The notes beneath the pieces are model-generated. The model ran no database searches, was not told where the DNA came from, and worked only from the letters and a program-made list of their open reading frames with translations. Positions 56,369-64,000 of a DNA stretch of 64,000 bases are shown piece by piece. The DNA lies in contig JAAYUB010000095.1 of NCBI GenBank assembly GCA_012517875.1, forward strand, positions 787 through 64,786, read 5' to 3'. This stretch comes from Acidobacteriota bacterium (GTDB lineage Bacteria > Acidobacteriota > JAAYUB01). Numbering within the stretch: position 1 is the stretch's first letter; each line of letters starts with the position of its first letter. The translations under genes and the position numbers were made by a program.

Positions 56369-57823
56369 ATGCGTCGTTCCATCGTTTGGCGGACCGCCGC
56401 CGTGGTCGTGGCGGCCACCCTGGTGATCTGGAGCATGTCCTGCGCGAAGAATCCGGTCACGGGCAAACGGGAGCTGATGCTCATCTCCACCGCCGACGAG
56501 ATCGCCCTGGGCAAGCAGCTCGATCCCGAGATCCTGCAAACGTACGGCAAGTACAGCAACCCGGAACTCGACGCCTACGTGGCCGCGCTGGGCCACAAGC
56601 TCGGCGCGCTGAGCCACCGGCCGGACCTGACCTACACCGTTCAGGTGGTGGACAGCGACGTCGTGAACGCCTTCGCGGTCCCCGGCGGGTACGTGTACCT
56701 GACCCGGGGAATGCTCTCCTACCTCAACGACGAGGCGGAGCTGGCCGGCGTCATGTCACACGAGATCGGCCACATCGCGGCGCGCCACAGCGTGCGCCAA
56801 TACAGCCAGGCGCAACTGGCCATGCTGGGGCTGGGCGTGGGCAGCATGTTCTCCGAAACGTTCCAGAAGTACGCCGGCATAGCCCAACTGGGCTTGAGCA
56901 TGCTGTTCCTGAAGTTCAGCCGCGACGACGAGCGCCAGGCCGACGCCCTGGGCGTCGAGTACGCCTCCCGGGCCGGGTTCGACGCCAACCACATGGCCAA
57001 CATGTTCGTCACGCTGGAGCGGCTCAACCCGGGCTCCGACCGCAGCGGCCTGCCCGGCTGGTTCTCCACCCACCCCAATCCCCCGGACCGGATCGCGGCC
57101 ATCCAGCGCGACGCCCAGGTCTGGCGAGACAAGCTGGCGGGCACCGCCTTCGTCACCAACCGCGACGGGTACCTCGGCCGCCTCGAGGGACTCGTCTTCG
57201 GCGAAGACCCCCGCCAGGGCTACGTGGAGGGGCAGACCTTTTACCATCCCCAGCTCGCGTTCCAGTTCCCGGTGCCGTCGGGCTGGAAGGTGAACAACAC
57301 CGCGGCCCAGGTGCAGCTCTATGCCGCGCAGCAGGACGCGGTGATCCTGTTTTCCATGGCCTCCGGCGCCTCGCCGGCGGCGGCAGCGGAGACGTTCCGC
57401 CAGGAGAGCCGGGCCAACGTCCTCCAGTCGGAATCCGCCCGGATCAACGGGCTGCTGGCCCAGCGGCTGGTCTCCGACGTCGCGCTGGAGCAGGGGAACA
57501 TCCGCGTCGCGTCGTCCTTCATCCAGAAGGACAAGTACATCTACGTGTTCCACAGCTACACCGACCCGTCGCTGTTCGACCGCTACTTTTCCGTGTTCAA
57601 GCAGACCATGGCCGGCTTCAACAACCTGACGGATCCGACGAAGCTCAACGTCAAGCCGAACCAGCTGACGCTCCGAAAAACCGCCACCGCCGGCACCGCC
57701 CGCCAGGCGTTCCAGCAGTGGGGCGTGGCCGCGGACAAGCTCGAGGCGGCGGCGATCCTCAACGGCGTTCAGCTCGACGACGCCCTGCCGGCCGGCACGC
57801 TGCTCAAAGTGGTGGTGAAGTGA
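56369..57823 (+). CDS. M48-family zinc metallopeptidase (BepA/YcaL-like) with a C-terminal LysM-like segment.
   Basis: The zinc motif is HEIGHIAARH with a downstream E (..RDDERQAD). There is a lipoprotein-like signal ..LVIWSMSCAK. The C-terminal segment is LRKTATAGTARQAFQQWGVAADKLEAAAILNGVQLDDALPAGTLLKVVV. Confidence 0.85.
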   Translation: MRRSIVWRTAAVVVAATLVIWSMSCAKNPVTGKRELMLISTADEIALGKQLDPEILQTYGKYSNPELDAYVAALGHKLGALSHRPDLTYTVQVVDSDVVNAFAVPGGYVYLTRGMLSYLNDEAELAGVMSHEIGHIAARHSVRQYSQAQLAMLGLGVGSMFSETFQKYAGIAQLGLSMLFLKFSRDDERQADALGVEYASRAGFDANHMANMFVTLERLNPGSDRSGLPGWFSTHPNPPDRIAAIQRDAQVWRDKLAGTAFVTNRDGYLGRLEGLVFGEDPRQGYVEGQTFYHPQLAFQFPVPSGWKVNNTAAQVQLYAAQQDAVILFSMASGASPAAAAETFRQESRANVLQSESARINGLLAQRLVSDVALEQGNIRVASSFIQKDKYIYVFHSYTDPSLFDRYFSVFKQTMAGFNNLTDPTKLNVKPNQLTLRKTATAGTARQAFQQWGVAADKLEAAAILNGVQLDDALPAGTLLKVVVK

Positions 57824-57888
57824 TCGGCGCGTGAATCAACGAGGCCGGATGGTCCGCGGCCCGGCCGGTGATCCCGACACCGGCCCGG

Positions 57889-59250
57889 TCAGGGGAGCGC
57901 GGTCCGGCTGCCGGCGAAGTAGGCGCCCAGGATCAGCAGGTCCTCCGCGTCCAGCGACCCGTCGCCCGTGAAATCGCACGCCAGCGGGCGCGCGCAAGGG
58001 AGCGTGCCGGGGGCCAGACCGCCTGCAAGCGTCACCGCCAGCACCACAGCGTCGGCCACGTCGCACCCGCCGTCGCCGTTGATGTCGCCGTCCCGCGTCA
58101 CTGCCGACGGGACCGTGATCTGGTAGACGTGCACGCGGGGCGCTTCGGCGTAGCTTTCGGTGACGTAGAGACGGCCCGTGGCCGGATCGTAGGCGGCGCC
58201 CTCCATGTCGGCGCAGGTGCCGCCGGTCATCCCCTCGAGCGCCCAGACCGCGTAAGGGCGCATGTCCCAACATGCCTTCGCGCCGCTCCGCACCTGGAGC
58301 AGTTCGGCGGCGTCGTAGGCCCACACCTGGTGACGATACGGCCAGGCGTGGGTGCCGTGGCTGTCGTCGCACGGATCGTCGCAGTCCACGCCGCCGCCCA
58401 CGCCGTAGCAGTAGGCCCCGGTCCCCTGCCGACCGAAGAAAAGAACGCTCCGGCTCCCCGGCGGGAAGGCGATGCCCGCCATGTGGGTGGCCAGGTTGAA
58501 CAGCTCGTTGGCGCTGGTCTCCGGCGCCAGCGGGTGCGCCAGCGGGTAGAAGATCAGGGTGAAGCCGGGGATCGGGCTGACGGCGCCGACGTCGTCGGGA
58601 TCGAACACCGTGGCGCACGGGCCGGCGCTGTTGTTGGAGATGATGGACAGGCATCCCTTCCCCGTCAGCGCCGGTCCGCCCAGGAGCGTCTGCCACTCGG
58701 GGGGGATCACCGTCATGTAGCCGCCCAGGGAGCGCGGGTTGGCCTCGGCGGCCATCGGGTAAAACCCCTGGAAGTCGTCGGGGTCGGCCAGGTTCAGGCT
58801 CGAGACGCCGTGGGAGTTCACCTGGCTGCCGTCCCCGTCGTAATAGCACGCGGCGCCCACGATGAGCCGCCCGTTGTACACCATCATCCCGTACACGTTG
58901 GAGCCCGACGTGGCCAGTGTCGCCAGCGCGCCGTCGGTGACGTCGCGGAACTCCTGGAGCACCGTCGCCGTCCCGCCCAAGGCCGGCACGGCCACCTGGG
59001 CCACGAACCCGGGGTACCAATCATGCCCCTGCATGAACAGGGTGGGCGTGCCGGACGGCTCCCGGTAGAAACAGAGACCCTTGCCGCCGTAGCCGAACCG
59101 CGAGCCGCCGAAGTCGCCCTCCGGCAGCGCGAACGAGCCCAGGTAGACGATGTCGGCCGCTTGCACCCGCGGCAAATTCTGCGGTTCCCCTTGGGCGGCC
59201 GCCGACACCAACCCGATGCACAGGAGTCCCACAACCAGCGGTGTTCGCAT
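57889..59250 (-). CDS. Secreted hypothetical protein with C-terminal dockerin-like Ca-binding repeats.
   Basis: It has a signal peptide MRTPLVVGLLCIGLVSAAAQG. The C-terminus has DINGDGGCDVADAVVLAVTL and DFTGDGSLDAEDLLILGAYF (type-I dockerin-like pair). It is Cys-rich. Confidence 0.65.
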   Translation of the reverse strand: MRTPLVVGLLCIGLVSAAAQGEPQNLPRVQAADIVYLGSFALPEGDFGGSRFGYGGKGLCFYREPSGTPTLFMQGHDWYPGFVAQVAVPALGGTATVLQEFRDVTDGALATLATSGSNVYGMMVYNGRLIVGAACYYDGDGSQVNSHGVSSLNLADPDDFQGFYPMAAEANPRSLGGYMTVIPPEWQTLLGGPALTGKGCLSIISNNSAGPCATVFDPDDVGAVSPIPGFTLIFYPLAHPLAPETSANELFNLATHMAGIAFPPGSRSVLFFGRQGTGAYCYGVGGGVDCDDPCDDSHGTHAWPYRHQVWAYDAAELLQVRSGAKACWDMRPYAVWALEGMTGGTCADMEGAAYDPATGRLYVTESYAEAPRVHVYQITVPSAVTRDGDINGDGGCDVADAVVLAVTLAGGLAPGTLPCARPLACDFTGDGSLDAEDLLILGAYFAGSRTALP

Positions 59251-59562
59251 CGACCACCTCTCGCACAAGGGCTACCGATATTATAACCCCGGATCGCGAG
59301 CAACCGCCCGGGAGAACGACGGGGCGCGACAGCGACAATCACTCAGTAAGCCGGGGATCCCGCCCACCTCCCGCCGGCATTTCCATAAATCCTTCCGCCG
59401 GTTGGGATCATCTATATCATTTCCCGCTCGCCGAATTGGAGCGAGTCACAATTCACGATCTCCGAGCCGGGCGGCGCTACCGCACACCGCCATGCCCGCC
59501 CGGCCGACAGGGTGGCCGCCGGAAACGGGACCGCCTCCCGCAATTTGGAAAGGAGACCACGC

Positions 59563-61188
59563 ATGAACGCATTTTTCAACGTTCCCCAACCCCTGAACGA
59601 ACCGCCTCAGAGCTACGCCCTCGGCACCCCCGAGCGGGCCGCGCTCAAGGCTGCGCTGGCCGACCTGCGCGGCCGGACCCTCGAGATTCCCCTCATCATC
59701 GGCGGCCGGGAAGTTCGCACGGGCAACTTCGGCGAATGCCGGATCCCCCACGACCACGGCCACATCCTGGCCCGCTATCACAAGGCCGGCCCCGCCGAGA
59801 TCCGGCAGGCCATCCAGGCCGCCCGCAACGCCTGGGCCGGCTGGTCCCGCTCCTCGTGGCAGGAGCGGGTGGCCATCTCGCTGAAGGCCTCGGAGCTGCT
59901 CAGCAAGCACCGGCGCTACCTCGTCAACGCCGCCACCATGTTGGGCCAGAGCAAGACCGCCCACCAGGCCGAAATCGACGCCGCCTGCGAGCTCATCGAC
60001 TTCCTCCGCTTCAACACCTACTTCATGCAGCAGATCTACCAGACGCAGCCGGAGAACTTCCAGGCCACCTGGAACCGCATGGAGTACCGCCCGCTGGAGG
60101 GCTTCGTCTTCGCCATCGCCCCGTTCAACTTCACCGCCATCGGCGGCAACCTGGCCGCCGCGCCGGCGGTGATGGGCAACGTCGTCCTCTGGAAACCCGC
60201 CTCCACCGGCGTCTACTCGGCCTACCAGGTGATGCGGGTGCTCATGGACGCCGGCCTGCCCGACGGCGTCATCAACTTCGTGCCCGGCGACGCCCGCGAC
60301 ATCGGCGACTACACCCTGAGCCAGCCGGACCTGGCCGGGGTGCACTTCACCGGCTCCAACCCCGCCTTCAACCACATCTGGCAGGTGGTGGCCGGCCAGA
60401 TCGGCCGCTACCGCTCCTACCCGCGCATCGTGGGCGAGACCGGCGGCAAGGACTTCGTTGTGGCCCACACCTCCGCCGAGATCCAGGGGCTGGCCACCTG
60501 CCTGCTGCGGGGCGCCTTCGAGTACCAGGGGCAGAAGTGCTCGGCCACCTCACGCGCCTACATCCCCCGCGGGATCTGGCCGGCGCTGCGCGACGCGCTC
60601 TGCGCCCAGCTGGACCGGGTCAAGGTGGGGCCGGTGGAGGATTTCGCCAACTTCATGGGCGCGGTGATCGACCGCCCCGCCTTCGAGCGGATCCGCGACT
60701 ACATCCGGTTCGCCCAGGACAGCCCCGAGGCCGAGGTGATCTACGGCGGCGGCGCCGACGACACCACCGGCTACTTCATCCAGCCCACGGTGGTGCTCAC
60801 CACCAATCCCCAGTTCAAGCTCATGGAGGAGGAGATCTTCGGCCCGGTCCTGACCGTCTTCCTGTACGACGACGACCGGTTCCCGGACATCCTTGACCTG
60901 TGCGACGCCACCTCTCCCTATGCTCTGACCGGGGCCGTGTTCGCCCGCGACCGCGCCGCCATCGGCCGGGCTGAGGAGCGCCTGCGCCACGCCGCCGGCA
61001 ACTTCTACATCAACGACAAGACCACCGGCGCGGTGGTGGGCCACCAACCGTTCGGCGGCGCCAGGGCCTCCGGCACCAACGACAAGGCCGGCTCCATCTA
61101 CAACCTGCTGCGCTGGATCTCGGTGCGCACCATCAAGGAGTGCTTCAACACGCCGCAGGATTTCGCTTACCCGTTCCTGGCCGAATAA
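59563..61188 (+). CDS. pruA: L-glutamate gamma-semialdehyde (1-pyrroline-5-carboxylate) dehydrogenase.
   Basis: It is an aldehyde dehydrogenase-family protein with the P5CDH-type N-terminus (ALGTPERAALKAALADL...IPLIIGGREV). It has the catalytic Cys in the FEYQGQKCSATSR context and E in GETGGKD. The GGAAAGGAG SD is before ATG 59563. Confidence 0.85.
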   Translation: MNAFFNVPQPLNEPPQSYALGTPERAALKAALADLRGRTLEIPLIIGGREVRTGNFGECRIPHDHGHILARYHKAGPAEIRQAIQAARNAWAGWSRSSWQERVAISLKASELLSKHRRYLVNAATMLGQSKTAHQAEIDAACELIDFLRFNTYFMQQIYQTQPENFQATWNRMEYRPLEGFVFAIAPFNFTAIGGNLAAAPAVMGNVVLWKPASTGVYSAYQVMRVLMDAGLPDGVINFVPGDARDIGDYTLSQPDLAGVHFTGSNPAFNHIWQVVAGQIGRYRSYPRIVGETGGKDFVVAHTSAEIQGLATCLLRGAFEYQGQKCSATSRAYIPRGIWPALRDALCAQLDRVKVGPVEDFANFMGAVIDRPAFERIRDYIRFAQDSPEAEVIYGGGADDTTGYFIQPTVVLTTNPQFKLMEEEIFGPVLTVFLYDDDRFPDILDLCDATSPYALTGAVFARDRAAIGRAEERLRHAAGNFYINDKTTGAVVGHQPFGGARASGTNDKAGSIYNLLRWISVRTIKECFNTPQDFAYPFLAE

Positions 61189-61273
61189 CCGGGACCGGCC
61201 GCGGCCCCCGGCGGGGGATCGCGGCCGGCTGTCTGAAATCGTCACGACGGATGGCGGTGATCTCACCGCCGGC

Positions 61274-61764
61274 TCAGGCGGTGGGTTCCACCACCGCCAG
61301 CACCTGGCGCATCTCCACCGACTCGCCCGGCTTGACATGGATGCTCGTGATCCGCCCCTGGACCTTGGACTGGATCTCGTTTTGCATCTTCATGGCCTCG
61401 AGCACCAGGATCGTTTCGCCGGCTGCGACGAGATCGCCTTCTTTCTTGTTGATCTTGATGATGAGGCCCGGCATGATGGCCGTGACGGCGCCCGCATCCT
61501 CGGCGGCGGCCGCCGACAGCGCGCGCTTGGCCTTGCCCGGTTTCGGCTCCTCCAGCCCCTGCGCCTCGTAGCGGTAGCTGATGCCGTCCACGGTGGCCGT
61601 CTCCGCCCGCAGCACCACGGCGTGGGGCGTTCCGCCGATGGTCACGTTCTGGTTCTCCACCGCAAAGGGGAACTCCAGGCCGTTGATCAGCAGCAGGTCG
61701 CCGCGCCGCTCGATCTCGTAGGGGACGCCTTCCAGCGTGAGCTTGAACTTGTTCACCATTTCCA
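61274..61764 (-). CDS. Biotin carboxyl carrier (biotinyl/lipoyl domain) subunit, 1.3S-like.
   Basis: The biotinylation motif is EAMKMQNEI within a C-terminal hammerhead domain. The GGAGG SD is immediately upstream; the start is 61764 or 61758. It has an 11-nt overlap with the upstream carboxyltransferase gene. Confidence 0.8.
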
Positions 61765-63252
61765 TCCTCCCCGCAGATGCTGCCGGCCCAGGACTTTCCA
61801 GTAGGAAAGCGCCACGGGCGGCGCCCCGATCCCCTCGGTTTTTTTCACCTGGCGCTCCTGCTGCTGGAAGAGCATGGCGGCGATGGCGCCGGCCACCTCC
61901 TCCTTGCCGCCCATGCCGCGCCGCCGCCGGTCCAGGAACGACCGGGCGACCTGGGGAAACAGCGCGTAGGAGAGGACGTCCTCGTCGCAGGTCGCCAGGC
62001 TGCCGATCTCCTGTTTCGCGTCCTCCCAGCCGGGGCACAGCATGTCGGCCGGGCGCACCGTGATGGGCGTCTCGTCGCCGATGGCCTTCTTCTGGATCGC
62101 GGGATCCATGGGTGCCGGCGGCCGGCCGTAGTAGCCGCGGAAGTACTGCTTGACCTCCTCGGGGATGATCTTGTACCGCTCGCCGCACATCACGTTGAGG
62201 GTGGCCTGCGTACCCACGATCTGCGAGGAGGGCGTGACCAGCGGCGGATAGCCCATGTCCTTGCGGACGCGCGGGATCTCGTCCAGCACGTCGTAGTAGC
62301 GGTCCATGGCGCCCTGCTGGCGGAGCTGGTTGACCAGATTGGAGAGCATGCCGCCGGGCACCTGGAACTGCAGCACGTTGACGTCCACGGCGGCGATGCC
62401 GGCCTCGAAGCTGGCGTACTTGGTCCGGACGTCGGTCATGGTGCGCGCCAGCTCGGCCAGCGCCGCCATGTCGAGGCCGGTGTCCCGCTCGGTGCCGCGC
62501 AGGCATGCCACCAGCGTCTCGGTGGGCGGCTGCGACGTGGACAGTGACATCGAGGACAGCGCCGTGTCGATCACGTCCACGCCCGCCTCGACGGCCTTGA
62601 GCAGCGCCGCCGTACCCATGCCGCTGGTGTAGTGCGTGTGCAGTTGCACCGGCAGGCCGGGGTCCCGCTTCAGTGCCGTGATCAGCTCGAAGGCGGCGTA
62701 GGGGGTGATGAGGCCGGCCATGTCCTTGATGCAGATGGAATCGGCGCCGCGGTCGGCCAGCTCGCGGCCCATGGCCACGAAAGACGGGATGTCGTGGACG
62801 GGGCTGATGGTGTATGAGATGGTGGCCTGCACGTGGCCGCCTTCCCGCTTGGCGATCCGCATGGAAAACTCCATGTTGCGGATGTCGTTCAGCGCGTCGA
62901 AGATGCGGAACACGTCGACGCCGTTGCGGCGGGCGCAGACGATGAACCGCTCGACGATGTCATCCGGGTAATGCTTGTAGCCCACCAGGTTCTGACCGCG
63001 CAGCAGCATCTGCAGCCGCGTGTTGGGAATCTCCTGCCGCAGCCGGCGGAGCCGCTCCCACGGATCCTCCCCCAGGAAGCGCATGGCGCTGTCGAAGGTG
63101 GCGCCGCCCCAGACCTCCAGCGACCAGTAGCCCACCCGGTCGAGCTTGGCCGCGATCTTCAGCATATCGTCGGTGCGCATGCGGGTCGCCAGCAGGGACT
63201 GGTGGGCGTCCCGGAGCACGGTTTCGGTGATCTGCACGGGATTTTTGTTCAT
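61753..63252 (-). CDS. Carboxyltransferase 5S-type subunit (HMGL-like TIM barrel) of the oxaloacetate decarboxylase alpha / pyruvate carboxylase subunit B / transcarboxylase 5S type.
   Basis: The N-terminus is ITETVLRDAHQSLLATRMRT. The metal-binding motifs are HTHYTSGMG and the DxAxxxM context. Confidence 0.85.
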   Translation of the reverse strand: MNKNPVQITETVLRDAHQSLLATRMRTDDMLKIAAKLDRVGYWSLEVWGGATFDSAMRFLGEDPWERLRRLRQEIPNTRLQMLLRGQNLVGYKHYPDDIVERFIVCARRNGVDVFRIFDALNDIRNMEFSMRIAKREGGHVQATISYTISPVHDIPSFVAMGRELADRGADSICIKDMAGLITPYAAFELITALKRDPGLPVQLHTHYTSGMGTAALLKAVEAGVDVIDTALSSMSLSTSQPPTETLVACLRGTERDTGLDMAALAELARTMTDVRTKYASFEAGIAAVDVNVLQFQVPGGMLSNLVNQLRQQGAMDRYYDVLDEIPRVRKDMGYPPLVTPSSQIVGTQATLNVMCGERYKIIPEEVKQYFRGYYGRPPAPMDPAIQKKAIGDETPITVRPADMLCPGWEDAKQEIGSLATCDEDVLSYALFPQVARSFLDRRRRGMGGKEEVAGAIAAMLFQQQERQVKKTEGIGAPPVALSYWKVLGRQHLRGGWKW

Positions 63253-63259
63253 GGCCGCC

Positions 63260-63586
63260 TCACTCGCTCGGATGCGCCGCGAACATTTCCTTCGGCTTGA
63301 TGAGGAGCACCAGGGCGTTCTCGGCGTAACACTTGTGCGTCGTGTAGGCGCGCACAACGGTGCTCTCGTTCGGCTTCAGGGTGATGGGCGGCAGGTTGAC
63401 GAACTCCAGGCGGACCTCCCCTTCCAGCACCAGGTACAGCTCGTCCTGGGTGTGGCGGTGGAAGGGAAACTCGCCGATGAACCGGATCACGTAGGCGGCG
63501 TGGTCGTTGACCTGGCCGAGCTCCAGATGCTTGTACGGCTCGGTGAGCACCGCCGCCAGTTCGCCGATGGTGGTTTTGCTGAACAT
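63260..63586 (-). CDS. Small cupin-domain protein.
   Basis: It is a 108-aa protein with His-containing cupin motifs (FPFHRHTQDELYLVLEGEVRLEF and TTHKCYAENALVL). It sits between the 12S-like and 5S-like carboxyltransferase genes. Confidence 0.65.
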   Translation of the reverse strand: MFSKTTIGELAAVLTEPYKHLELGQVNDHAAYVIRFIGEFPFHRHTQDELYLVLEGEVRLEFVNLPPITLKPNESTVVRAYTTHKCYAENALVLLIKPKEMFAAHPSE

Positions 63587-63601
63587 ATCGTCGCCTCCTG
63601 C

Positions 63602-64000
63602 CTACAGAGGGATGTTCCCGTGTTTCTTCGGGGGATTGCTGTCGCGCTTGTTCTGGTGCCAGCGCAGGGCGTCGATCAGCCGGGGCCGGGTCTCGCGCGG
63701 CTCGATCACGTCGTCAATGTAGCCCCAGCTGGCCGCCTCGTACGGGGTGGCCAGCTTGTCCCGGTAGTTCCGGATCAGCTCGGCGCGCCGGGCCTCGGGA
63801 TCGGCCGCCTCGCTGATTTCCTTGCGGAAGATGATGTTCACGGCGCCCTCCGAGCCCATGACGGCGATCTCGGCGCCGGGCCAGGCCACGTTGTAGTCGC
63901 CGCGGATGTGCTTGGAGCTCATCACATCGTACGCGCCGCCGTACGCCTTGCGGGTGATCACCGTCAGCTTGGGCACGGTGGCCTCGCAGAACGCGTAGAG
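63602..64000 (-). CDS. Acyl-CoA carboxyltransferase 12S-type subunit (propionyl-CoA carboxylase beta / methylmalonyl-CoA decarboxylase alpha family); 3' part only, continuing beyond the window.
   Basis: The C-terminal region is [35 protein letters not shown]...[18 protein letters not shown], typical of the carboxyltransferase C-terminus. The ORF is open to the window edge. Confidence 0.8.
   Translation of the reverse strand, partial: LYAFCEATVPKLTVITRKAYGGAYDVMSSKHIRGDYNVAWPGAEIAVMGSEGAVNIIFRKEISEAADPEARRAELIRNYRDKLATPYEAASWGYIDDVIEPRETRPRLIDALRWHQNKRDSNPPKKHGNIPL

Overview
This is a ~64 kb window of a high-GC (~68-70%) bacterial chromosome with no rRNA or tRNA genes, no CRISPR array, and no obvious transposon or phage genes. 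The gene content (a carboxypeptidase-regulatory-like/TonB-like barrel, an ECF sigma/anti-sigma/DUF4252 operon, many secreted repeat proteins) suggests an Acidobacteria-like soil organism, but that is inference only.

Genes supported from 5' to 3':
- A 5'-truncated giant BNR + FG-GAP repeat protein and a small ORF after it.
- A membrane H+-pyrophosphatase (hppA).
- An uncharacterised three-gene cassette: a small membrane protein, a B12-binding radical SAM enzyme with a C-terminal PqqD/RRE-like extension, and a PAS protein with a Cys-rich zinc-ribbon tail.
- An ECF sigma / anti-sigma / 2x DUF4252 operon with a clear intrinsic terminator.
- Threonine synthase.
- A czc-type heavy-metal RND efflux operon (CzcI-like, czcC, czcB, czcA) flanked by two AT-rich convergent spacers that share a motif.
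- A partner-switching pair: a STAS antagonist plus a Cache-HAMP-PP2C-HATPase fusion (HsbR/HsbA-like with an extracellular sensor).
- A TAT-exported DUF362 protein and a chagasin-family inhibitor.
- A second stand-alone B12-binding radical SAM gene, and DedA.
- A lower-GC islet of small stress-type genes (YegP/DUF1508, LysM, DUF937) with their own terminators.
- A TonB-dependent-like outer-membrane protein, a GT2 + GT39 glycosyltransferase pair and MarR.
- An AcrAB-OprM-type RND operon with an extremely AT-rich upstream island.
- Two paralogous OmpA-family proteins.
- A btpA-psuK-psuG-serine hydrolase operon.
- M23 and M48 peptidases, a CysK-like enzyme, an ABC exporter, a dockerin-like secreted protein and pruA.
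- A transcarboxylase-like cluster (12S-cupin-5S-biotin carrier) running off the 3' edge.

The long Arg/Gly/Ala/Pro-rich ORFs in the six-frame track that lie antisense or overlapping to these genes are treated as GC-driven artefacts.
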